The notes beneath the pieces were generated by a model that saw nothing but the letters and a program-made list of their open reading frames with translations, had not been told where the DNA came from and made no database searches. From the IMG/VR virus record IMGVR_UViG_3300018891_000001, positions 124,001 through 188,000 of that record: 64,000 nt of DNA. The stretch is one strand, 5' to 3'. How positions within the stretch are numbered: the first letter of the stretch is position 1; every line of letters begins with the position of its first letter. Positions 55,737 to 64,000 of the stretch are shown here, one piece after another. Made by a program: the position numbers and the translations under genes.

Positions 55737-57102
55737 GAGTATCCCCCTTTTGTTTGTAATAGGCTACTTTATCTCTTAGAGATTCGTAAGACATTACAAA
55801 AAGCTCTGCATATTGTCTTGTTAAGATATCCAGTTGAATCGGATCTTGTTCTTCAGCCAATAATTTAACGACTCTTTCTATGCGATCTCCTTGAATTTCT
55901 CCAATACGGGCATAATGATATAGGATTTCATCTTGCTGTTCTCGGTAAACTTTTTCTACTCGCCATTGAGTTAATGTGCGAGTTCTCTTTTGAATGCATT
56001 TGGAAAGAGCATCGTCTAATAAGCCATATGTGCGACAAAGTGTGTCTGGATCATGTCCATCAGGAAGCGGGCATACTTGAACAGATAATCCATGTTTCAT
56101 TAAAATTAGGGCATCTTTTTCCATAGCCCGTAATCCAGCATCATCTCCATCTCTCATAAGTAATACATGCATAGCTCCAGCTCGTTTTAAAAGTTGCACA
56201 TGCTGTTCACTTAAATTGATTCCCATGGTAGAAACGGCATTACGAATACCATGTCGATGAAGCTGAATAACATCGGTAAAGCCTTCAACAAGAGTAGCTC
56301 TTTTCCATTGAGAAATGTAGCTTTTGGCTTGGTAGATACCATACAAATAATAATTTCGATCGAACTCGGGATAGGGATGATTTCGAAGATATTCTTTATT
56401 GACGTATTTTTCTGTTAATGGCCATCGATGATCATACTTAGGAGTGATTCGTTTTCCTTCTGCTTTTTGTTTTTCATTTAACTCCGCTAAGGCAGTAGCA
56501 CCAAACGGCACACGTCCCGTAAATGAAATAATATCTCCATAATAGTCATGAATCGGAAACGTGATTTTCCCTTTGGTATTTAAAAATTCTTGGTCTTCTC
56601 CATCACCGAAACCTAATCCCCAAATGTGAATGTCTAAATCTTCAATGCCACGGTTTCGAAGATACTTATAGGCATCCGGGTGTTGAAGCAAATTCTGTTG
56701 AAATCGTTGTTGAGCACGAAGACATTTTTCTACCCACCATTGATGTTGATTTAAACGATATTGCTGCTGTGGGTCAAGAGCGGGAAGGGGTACATTGAGA
56801 TATTTGGCCAACCATTCGATAGCTTGACCTAAATTGCAGTTAAAATACCCTTTAATAAAGCCGTACACATCCGAAGATGTAGCACGGCTATGGGTTGCAC
56901 TTCCCGCACCACACCCATTACATGACCACGTATTGGTTTCAGGTTTAATCATCAAACTAGGCCGATCATCATCATGAAATGGACAATGAGCGACATAGTT
57001 AATGCCAGATGATTTTACCCCACCAATAATGGTATTGATGACTTCATGTACAGGTGCAATCGATTTAAGATACTCCTTAAAGTCATCTGGGTACTTTGGC
57101 AC
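55729..57102 (-). CDS. dnaG: DnaG-type DNA primase
   Basis: CPFHDDDRPS...CNGC zinc finger; TFPIHD.YG.IISFTGR; LVEGFTDV; MRDGDDAG; DPD. Confidence 0.92.
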   Translation of the reverse strand: MPKYPDDFKEYLKSIAPVHEVINTIIGGVKSSGINYVAHCPFHDDDRPSLMIKPETNTWSCNGCGAGSATHSRATSSDVYGFIKGYFNCNLGQAIEWLAKYLNVPLPALDPQQQYRLNQHQWWVEKCLRAQQRFQQNLLQHPDAYKYLRNRGIEDLDIHIWGLGFGDGEDQEFLNTKGKITFPIHDYYGDIISFTGRVPFGATALAELNEKQKAEGKRITPKYDHRWPLTEKYVNKEYLRNHPYPEFDRNYYLYGIYQAKSYISQWKRATLVEGFTDVIQLHRHGIRNAVSTMGINLSEQHVQLLKRAGAMHVLLMRDGDDAGLRAMEKDALILMKHGLSVQVCPLPDGHDPDTLCRTYGLLDDALSKCIQKRTRTLTQWRVEKVYREQQDEILYHYARIGEIQGDRIERVVKLLAEEQDPIQLDILTRQYAELFVMSYESLRDKVAYYKQKGDTHV

Positions 57103-57184
57103 GGTGTTCTCCTCCTTATATTCAGTTTTCCCCAAATGCCCCGGAGGGGCCATCAAAGCATTCGTGTAATAAAAATCTTTGTGC

Positions 57185-58171
57185 TTACTTTTCTAAATGC
57201 AATACATATTTCACTAAGTCGCTAATCTCTTTTGAAACCTTTTCACGAAATTCTGTTCGACCCAATGCTAATGCATGGTTAGGACGATTAATATAATCAT
57301 CAATGGTATCAATAATCAATTGATGCATAAACCGAATTCGATTCGGATCCAACTCATATTGTTTGACGGTTTGATTTAGTTGCATACGAGTTTCATCCAA
57401 TTCTTGCTCCAAACGCTGAACCTTTTGTTGCATGCGATTTCGATCATCAATTAAATGTTGAATTAATTCTTTATTCTGTACAGTGGATAATTGTTCAGAT
57501 AAATCTTTAAGATATACAACTGTTTGATGAATGGTTTCATTCATAACAGATAAAATTTCTCGATCTTCATGTCGCAGCAATTCTTGAGCATCATGAACTT
57601 GGTTAGCCTGTTGCAAGAAACGTTCAATTTTTTCATCTAATGTTAGTTCTTTAACTTGAATTGGTTCTTCAATTTTGTTTTTTGTTAATGAAAATCCTGC
57701 ATCTATAGAATGAATCTCTTTAGAAGAAATATCTTCGTTCTTATTCTCCTCTCTTGTTTCTATTTCTTCTGCCACCGTCTGATTTCCTTTTTCCTCTTTT
57801 TTGTCTTTCTTGATATGTTTTTCCAAAAACTCACGAAATCTTTCTGCACTTTCTGGTGTAAATGTATCATGAAGTTCAATTTTTGGTTTTTCTTTCTTTT
57901 CTTTTATGTTTTCTGTTATATGTTCGTGCGCCTGATGTGGAAGACGATAAATTTTCCGTTTATATCTTCCTCGCTTTGGAGACAGTGAAAGATATCCTTC
58001 TTCGACTAATTTATTAAGATGATAATCCATTGTTGGTGCTTGTACGCCAAATTGATCTGCTAAATCTGAAGAAGAAATCTCTACTTCTCTTTCTGGGCTT
58101 TGTTCAATCATTTTGACAATTTCTCTATAAATTTGTTCTCGATTTACCTTTCGAAATGGCATGGCCACCAT
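57185..58171 (-). CDS. Winged-HTH DNA-binding protein with coiled-coil C-terminus
   Basis: ISSSDLADQFGVQAPTMDYHLNKLVEEGYL. Confidence 0.7.
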   Translation of the reverse strand: MVAMPFRKVNREQIYREIVKMIEQSPEREVEISSSDLADQFGVQAPTMDYHLNKLVEEGYLSLSPKRGRYKRKIYRLPHQAHEHITENIKEKKEKPKIELHDTFTPESAERFREFLEKHIKKDKKEEKGNQTVAEEIETREENKNEDISSKEIHSIDAGFSLTKNKIEEPIQVKELTLDEKIERFLQQANQVHDAQELLRHEDREILSVMNETIHQTVVYLKDLSEQLSTVQNKELIQHLIDDRNRMQQKVQRLEQELDETRMQLNQTVKQYELDPNRIRFMHQLIIDTIDDYINRPNHALALGRTEFREKVSKEISDLVKYVLHLEK

Positions 58172-58269
58172 GTAATATGCATCTCCTTTTTTCATTAGCT
58201 TCTCACATCTATAATACCATAATATCCAAGAAAAAAATAAAAAATGCAAGAAACTTAATGAATTTTTAT

Positions 58270-59466
58270 TTAAGAAAAAGAAATTACGGTAGATTCTACC
58301 ACTTCAGAAGGCAATTCGTCTAAAAATCGAGAAGGTTTATAGATACGAGATTTTCCGTCTTGTTGTGATCTTTGTTCTGCCCATGTGATCAATAATTCTT
58401 TTTCTGCACGGGTAATACCAACATAAGCCAAACGACGTTCTTCTTCGATATCTTTTTCACTTTGACTTCTCCAAGAAGGAAATATGCCTTCATTCCAACC
58501 GATGAGAAATACTACTGGGAATTCTAATCCTTTTGAAGCATGCATCGTCATCAAACGAACAGAGTCTGTTTTCTTATTGTTTTCAGAATCTGTCACTAAT
58601 GAAATGTCTTGTAAGAAATCTTCTAAGGTTTTATCTGGATTTTCTGTTTCATATTTATCGACAAGAATAAGAAACTCTTTTAGATTGTCAATTTTCTCAT
58701 CTGCTTTCTTGTCGTTTTCATAATACGCCCAAAGACCTGATTGTTCTAATACATAACGAACATAAGTGGACATTAGTAAGCCGCTTTCTAATTTCTTTTC
58801 AAAGTGATCGAGCAAATCGATAAATGCTGTAATTTTGCTAAGTGAACGTTTATTGATACTTGGAATGTCACTAGCATTTTTTAAAGCTCGATACACACTG
58901 ACTTTATGAATATGTGCGTATTCTTCAATTTTATCTTGAGAGGTCTTACCAATTCCACGAGATGGCTTATTCAGAATACGCAAAATAGCTGTATCATCTT
59001 TTCGATTAAAAATCGATCTTAGATACGCAATGGCATCTTTAATCTCTTCCCGATCATAAAAACCGTGACCACCAATGACTTGATATGGAATAAATTGATT
59101 ACGGAAGAAGTCTTCAATGACTCGAGACTGGGCATTTCCACGATATAAAATGGCAAAATCCTCATATTTGTATCCATCTTGAAGAACCTTCTTTTTAATC
59201 ATGGCTGCAATATAAGCGGCTTCTTGATATTCATTTCCACAACCAATGACTTTAATGGTTTCTCCTGGCTCTCTTGGTGTTCGTAATGTCTTTTCTTTTT
59301 GGTGTTTATTGTATTTTACTATTTCATTTCCTGCATGAACAATATTGCGAACAGAACGATAATTTTGTTCTAGTTTCACAACAGTAGCTTGTGGAAAATA
59401 CCGCTCAAAATTCAGAATAATATTAATATCAGAACCACGGAAACCATAAATGGCTTGATAATCGTC
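58270..59466 (-). CDS. pcrA: PcrA/UvrD helicase, exon 2
   Basis: DDYQAIYGFRG, LEQNYRS, ILYRGNAQSR, LMTMHASKGLEF, EERRLAYVGITRA. Confidence 0.92.
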   Translation of the reverse strand, partial: DDYQAIYGFRGSDINIILNFERYFPQATVVKLEQNYRSVRNIVHAGNEIVKYNKHQKEKTLRTPREPGETIKVIGCGNEYQEAAYIAAMIKKKVLQDGYKYEDFAILYRGNAQSRVIEDFFRNQFIPYQVIGGHGFYDREEIKDAIAYLRSIFNRKDDTAILRILNKPSRGIGKTSQDKIEEYAHIHKVSVYRALKNASDIPSINKRSLSKITAFIDLLDHFEKKLESGLLMSTYVRYVLEQSGLWAYYENDKKADEKIDNLKEFLILVDKYETENPDKTLEDFLQDISLVTDSENNKKTDSVRLMTMHASKGLEFPVVFLIGWNEGIFPSWRSQSEKDIEEERRLAYVGITRAEKELLITWAEQRSQQDGKSRIYKPSRFLDELPSEVVESTVISFS

Positions 59467-59949
59467 CGTAAATCTTGGAATTTCATCGCATATACACTTT
59501 GACCATAATTACCAACTACATTGTAATAACCATAACAGGCTATTACAGGAAGGAAGTTGATAAATATGGGTTGGTTATCCACCAAACAAGAAGCAATGAA
59601 ACGCCATTACATTGCGGTATGGCGGTAAACAACAGGTAAAGCGCATCTTTGAATACATATACAAGGATGTAACCATTTACCTTCAAAGGAAATACGAGAA
59701 ATTCTCTCTGCTATTCTCATAGCAGACGAGACCATATCTTCACTCTCTTTCAAGAGGTCCGGCGCTTCGGTTGTAGGAGTTTCACCTGCACCCTACTCCC
59801 TTTCGGGATGGTCGTTACACCTTCCTCATATGAGGCTTGGCACGGGATTGTCTCTCGTTACCGAGTCACTTCCCCCGTTAGCAACGTGTCCTTCTCACGT
59901 CACACCCTGCAAGTACAGGTTCACCGGATTTAACGTGAGCTAACAATTA
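59467..59949 (-). mobile_element. Group I intron 4 in pcrA, no intact HEG
   Basis: P1 cgtgggt/gctcacg with U.G; P10 attgtt/gacgat; aacgggggaa/aatcccgtgccaag, gtaacgacca, aagatatggtct; removal restores VVG|DDYQ. Confidence 0.92.
59603..59722 (+). pseudogene. C-terminal remnant of a LAGLIDADG HEG, antisense to intron 4
   Basis: AITLRYGGKQQVKRIFEYIYKDVTIYLQRKYEKF resembles the C-termini of both intact LAGLIDADG proteins; in-frame TGA at 59597. Confidence 0.65.
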
Positions 59950-60732
59950 ACCCACGACAAACAAATTGTATTGCGGCGCAGCAAGTAATAATAATAATTG
60001 AAATTGTGCATAGTTGGCATCTTGATACTCATCACTCATGACATATTGAAATTTTCCTTGCCAATAATCACGAGCTTCCGGATAATCACGAAGCAAAATC
60101 ACTGTATTCATAATGAGATCGCCAAAATCCATTGCGTTCATTTGCTTCATTTGGAATTGATAATGCATATACACTTGTGCCATGACTTGCTCATCAGCTG
60201 TTTCAGCTACGTGGTATGTACAGTATTCTGGATCCCATAGATTGTTTTTGGCATTATCTATATAGCTGAGTGCATACCCAGGCTTGTATTTGTCTTGAAT
60301 CCCCATTTGCTTATAAATACGCTCAATGACTTGCAAAACATCGCCTGTATCATAAATAACAAACTTGCATCGTTTGTTTTTTTCATCTTGCTCATATCCT
60401 AATAAATGACCGTGTTTGCGTAAAATGCGTACACATAAGCTATGAAATGTACCCATCCAAATGTGCTTCATCGGTTCTTCGCCCACTACTTTTTCTAAAC
60501 GTTCTTTCATTTCCCGAGCAGCTTTATTGGTAAATGTAGCACAAAAGATATTTTTTGCTTGAATTCCTTGCGATAGCATATTAGCAATTCGAACTGTTAA
60601 GGTTTTTGTTTTACCGGACCCGGCTCCCGCTAAAACAAGAACCTGACCATTAATCGTCGTAGCCGCTTCTCGTTGTTCTGGATTAAGTTCATTAAGCATA
60701 TTTGATACTTCCCATAAATTTAATGTAGACAT
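59950..60732 (-). CDS. pcrA: PcrA/UvrD helicase, exon 1
   Basis: LNPEQ, VLAGAGSGKT, TFTNKAAREM, GTFHS, SDEYQDAN.AQ, LFVVG. Confidence 0.92.
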
Positions 60733-60752
60733 ATCCGATTTCTCCTCCCTTT

Positions 60753-60986
60753 TTATTGATCTTCTGGTGCTTCTCCATAAGGAATTTCAAGATCTTCAGT
60801 AATTTCTGTAATATTTTCTGGATAAGGGTAATCAGGAGTTTCATACACAGCACTACGAATATTTTCAATGGCTGCTTTAGATACTACATCAAAGGCCTCA
60901 TCACTATCAGGCTCTACTCCTTCTGGAAGATCAACCACTACTCGGACCATGGTTTCAAGTGTAACCAACACCGCTTTTTTAGGCAT
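60753..60986 (-). CDS. Hypothetical acidic protein
   Basis: RBS aggggg. Confidence 0.6.
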   Translation of the reverse strand: MPKKAVLVTLETMVRVVVDLPEGVEPDSDEAFDVVSKAAIENIRSAVYETPDYPYPENITEITEDLEIPYGEAPEDQ

Positions 60987-61350
60987 TTGGAGTCCCCCCT
61001 TTAGATTGAATTCCATAATACACAATATCTCTATTGCTCAACTGAACTATCTGCGCTTGATCAATAACCAATAAGATTTGATGAATTTCTTGTATTTCTT
61101 CTTCCAAATGACGCTTTTTCAAATGATGAAAATCATAATCAGTGAAAAGGCCTTCCCCCGGATGTTGAGGTTTTGATTTAAACAATCTCAATAACCAATT
61201 AGTGTTTTGATACTGTTTTAATCGGTCTTCATAACGATTTATAATATTTTGGATTTGATTTTCATGATATTCCAATTCTTCTTGTAGCTGACGCATTTTC
61301 TTCAATGCAAAAGGATAGAAATCCTTAGCAGGAATATCCACTTTCATCAT
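60979..61350 (-). CDS. Hypothetical protein
   Basis: RBS aaggaggg. Confidence 0.65.
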   Translation of the reverse strand: MMKVDIPAKDFYPFALKKMRQLQEELEYHENQIQNIINRYEDRLKQYQNTNWLLRLFKSKPQHPGEGLFTDYDFHHLKKRHLEEEIQEIHQILLVIDQAQIVQLSNRDIVYYGIQSKGGTPNA

Positions 61351-61371
61351 AATCCCTCCTTTTTTGTGCAT

Positions 61372-61404
61372 AAAAAAGCAGACATGAGAAACATGTCTGC
61401 TTTT
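61372..61404. terminator. Bidirectional rho-independent terminator
   Basis: aaaaaagcagacatg-agaaa-catgtctgctttt. Confidence 0.85.
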
Positions 61405-61416
61405 ATCAGAGTGATC

Positions 61417-61620
61417 CTATGAATTTACTATTTCATTCATAGCATCTTCAAAACGCTTTTTAAAGCTCTTGATTTCTTGTTCACGAGCTTTCAGGTTTTC
61501 TGTTAAATTGACATGTCGAGCAGCATTGTTCCACTCTCGAACCATAGAAGCAGATTCATATTTCTTTAGAAGCTCATTAAATACTTTTTGCATTTTTGTT
61601 ATATTAGCCATTTTTATCAC
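61417..61620 (-). CDS. Hypothetical protein
   Basis: RBS ggaggtg. Confidence 0.6.
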   Translation of the reverse strand: MIKMANITKMQKVFNELLKKYESASMVREWNNAARHVNLTENLKAREQEIKSFKKRFEDAMNEIVNS

Positions 61621-61650
61621 CTCCCTTCAAGGAGGTGGTTTATTATCCGA

Positions 61651-63252
61651 TTACGATAAACGACGTTTCGCCTGACTAATTAATAATGGATGTACTTGGG
61701 ATAATTGACGATACAACTCTTCAAACGTTTCCCGAATATCCCATTGTGCTTCTTCGGATGTGCGAAGATTGATCAAATGATAAGCTTCCCATAAATCAAA
61801 ACTAGCAAATATATGACGACGATGTGCATTTAACACCACATATTCGGCTTCATTAGAAAAACCTGCTTCCACTAGTAAATTATACAATTCTTTAGATTGT
61901 TCAGCAATGTCTTTCAAGAGATTCTCTAATCCAGCTTCTTTAATTCTTGGTGGAATGGTAATTCCGAAATGTGGTGTTGGATTGGAAAAGACAAAATCTG
62001 TTTTCCGATTATGTCTTAATAACTGATGCCAGTTAGCTTCAGATACAAAAAATTCGACCTGATATTGGACATGTTTAAATTCTTCTGGTGCCATATCAAA
62101 GTGCTGCATTTCAAACAACAAATCTTTGATGATTTGTTCTTGTTTTTCTTTTCCTAAACACTTGGCTTTGTAATAAGCTGCCTTATACGGCAAATCTTCA
62201 TGTTTCATCAACAATAAAGCAATAATATGCGCAATGATTTCACTTTCCATTTTGACACTGCTTAAAACCGCTGATTTAGATGAAGCGGTTATTGTGTTTC
62301 TTTCTGTAAAATGAGTTTCCATTCGTTTTTTGGAATTTCGCTGATATTGCGAAGGTGTAGCGTATTTCAATAATACTGGTAACACCTTTGAAATCTCAGT
62401 TCGAATATCTTCAGCTAGTTTTTGAGATTCCTTGTGTTTTGAATTACCTAATACTGCGAGTGCATCTCGCCATGCTCGACCATTGGCCGTCATACCAAGT
62501 TGAGTATACATTGAAAGCGGCAAAACATAACGAGCATCTTCAAAAGCCAATTTTTCTAATACTGAATCCTTTTCTTCTGGATATGTTTTCTTGAGATACT
62601 CAAATACTCCCTTAATTAACTGCTCAAATGCATCAAACGCTTTATGAAAAAATTCTTCTACTGTTATACGAATATTTTCACTTTCTTTATCAATAGGATT
62701 ATGCCATTGACCACGTTCAGGTTTTTGGTAACGCTGACTATATTCCGTAATAGATAAGAAAGAATTGGCGAGCTCTAGTTCTGCAGAAGCCAATCGAGAA
62801 ATGCTTTCAATCCCCACATGAGCCACAGCATGTTCAGCAACAGAAGAATGACCATAGCCCACAGTCCACTTTTCGTGAAACTTTCTTGCCTTTTCATCGA
62901 GTTCTTTGAAGGATTCAATGCGTCCTCTAATGTCGTGGTCCTTGAGGGCGATTTGAAGATGTTGTTTAAACGACTTGGGAGAACGTGATACCCAGGCAAA
63001 TAGGGTTGCAATGAACTCTTCTGGCAATCCGACAATTGCATAAACAGGTCCATCCACGTTAGTGACATAGGGAGAAATATCAACTTCTTTTATTTGGTGT
63101 TCGTTCGGGGAAACCCCTTCACCACTTTGGCCAGTTTCGGATTCTTTTTCAGACCCTTCAAGGCGGTCTTGCTTCCGATTCCTATTCTTTTTGGAGTTTG
63201 TTTGATTTTCTTCATGGAAATCATCCTTTATTTCTTTTATTAGCTTAGACAT
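61651..63252 (-). CDS. thyX: FAD-dependent thymidylate synthase, long two-domain form
   Basis: GHSSVAEH, EYSQRY, EDARYVLP, NGRAWRD, QLLRH, INLRTSEEAQWDIR. Confidence 0.88.
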   Translation of the reverse strand: MSKLIKEIKDDFHEENQTNSKKNRNRKQDRLEGSEKESETGQSGEGVSPNEHQIKEVDISPYVTNVDGPVYAIVGLPEEFIATLFAWVSRSPKSFKQHLQIALKDHDIRGRIESFKELDEKARKFHEKWTVGYGHSSVAEHAVAHVGIESISRLASAELELANSFLSITEYSQRYQKPERGQWHNPIDKESENIRITVEEFFHKAFDAFEQLIKGVFEYLKKTYPEEKDSVLEKLAFEDARYVLPLSMYTQLGMTANGRAWRDALAVLGNSKHKESQKLAEDIRTEISKVLPVLLKYATPSQYQRNSKKRMETHFTERNTITASSKSAVLSSVKMESEIIAHIIALLLMKHEDLPYKAAYYKAKCLGKEKQEQIIKDLLFEMQHFDMAPEEFKHVQYQVEFFVSEANWHQLLRHNRKTDFVFSNPTPHFGITIPPRIKEAGLENLLKDIAEQSKELYNLLVEAGFSNEAEYVVLNAHRRHIFASFDLWEAYHLINLRTSEEAQWDIRETFEELYRQLSQVHPLLISQAKRRLS

Positions 63253-63282
63253 ATTGCTTCCTCCTTGTTCTTAGAATGGCAA

Positions 63283-63412
63283 CGCCATCACCTGAAACCG
63301 AGAAAAGGTGGTCGAGGTGTGTCTACCCTCCTTTTTATAGATTTGTTGTATTACGCATATCAAACCTCGGTTTCACATGATGACGGGCGAGCGACTCCCT
63401 CCTGCACTCGCC
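63283..63412 (-). ncRNA. Putative structured RNA in the thyX leader
   Basis: Four helices; three G.U pairs on minus become C-A mismatches on plus. Confidence 0.5.
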
Positions 63413-63446
63413 AGTGTTTTATGATATGAAAGCGATGAAAACAAAA

Positions 63447-63995
63447 TTACTGTACGGAAATTGCTTTCCCGTATACAAATTCTTCTACCGGAAGTTGCTC
63501 ACCAGCTACAAACCAGTTTTTAAAACGATCTGGCTGAATACCTTGTGTTCCTGGTGTAGCTTTCTTTACAAGCATGGTAGTTTGACATTCATGGCAATCT
63601 ACCATTTTTACTCCTTCTGGAATGTAATGGTTTCCTGTATTATTGCATTTAGGACAACGATAACGGCATCTGTAATGATTAATGCCATTTTTCACTTTAA
63701 TGCCCGTGTTATAATAAGAAGGAATCTCTTGTTCTTTTTTCTCTATCTCCTCCAATGCTTCTTCCATTGAAGAAGGTTCCTTCGTAATAACAACATTGTT
63801 GGTTACATGAGTTACAGTTGGCGTTTTTTCTTCTGATATGGCATGTTCAATTTTCATTTCTTTCGGTGTTACTGAAATTGAAAAGAAATGAAATAGGCCA
63901 TCAATCATTCTGTCAATCTGTGGAGAGGTGGCTTGTTCTACTTCTAATAATGCTTGTTGATGCTTATTTTGAACTTGTAATAATACTTTAGGCAT
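63447..63995 (-). CDS. Hypothetical protein with C-terminal Zn ribbon
   Basis: YRCPKC...CHEC. Confidence 0.65.
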   Translation of the reverse strand: MPKVLLQVQNKHQQALLEVEQATSPQIDRMIDGLFHFFSISVTPKEMKIEHAISEEKTPTVTHVTNNVVITKEPSSMEEALEEIEKKEQEIPSYYNTGIKVKNGINHYRCRYRCPKCNNTGNHYIPEGVKMVDCHECQTTMLVKKATPGTQGIQPDRFKNWFVAGEQLPVEEFVYGKAISVQ

Positions 63996-64000
63996 ATCTT

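Noticed and set aside
8407-63770. Numerous antisense or alternative-frame ORFs of 60-120 aa overlapping nrdJ, dnaG, pcrA, thyX and others
   Set aside because: Shadow ORFs over well-supported genes, with no RBS or recognisable motifs
1-64000. tRNA, rRNA, integrase, transposase, capsid or tail genes
   Set aside because: None recognised by eye; phage identity is therefore inferred from holin, endolysin, RusA, Sak-like, Tad2-like and intron content

Overview
The window looks like part of a large Bacillaceae (spore-forming Firmicute) phage genome, plausibly a phage-plasmid or extrachromosomal prophage. No virion structural genes are recognisable in it. The left arm (1-34.8 kb) is encoded on + and the right arm (35.3-64 kb) mostly on -, and they converge on a Rep-like HTH gene followed by an iteron and DnaA-box origin. 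It carries a near-complete replisome: AEP primase, DnaB-like helicase, DnaE, DnaN, DnaG, PcrA, SF2 helicase, a Sak/Rad52-like annealing protein, RusA and a Cas4-like nuclease. It also has nucleotide-metabolism genes (nrdJ, dCMP deaminase, dUTPase, gmk, thyX), a holin and endolysin, a Tad2/DUF2829 anti-defence candidate, a Doc-type TA pair, DNA-modification candidates and host-physiology genes (sigma factor, RemA, SASP with a sigmaF-like promoter, subtilisin). Four group I introns could be placed from the sequence: two in dnaE, one in the SF2 helicase and one in pcrA. Two carry sense LAGLIDADG genes in the P1 loop, one carries an antisense endonuclease and one an antisense remnant. Patterns the ORF track does not explain: (1) a palindromic operator-like motif GTAATGCATTAC with 12 exact or near copies, mostly at promoters and including inside two introns; (2) a shared N-terminal peptide M[ED]L[VIT]xxYL on six otherwise unrelated ORFs, with three near matches; (3) a pilin-like, VirB6-like and FtsK module next to the origin with no relaxase or VirB4 in the window; (4) a ~130-nt structured RNA ahead of thyX. 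All family assignments come from motif recognition by eye; no database search was run.
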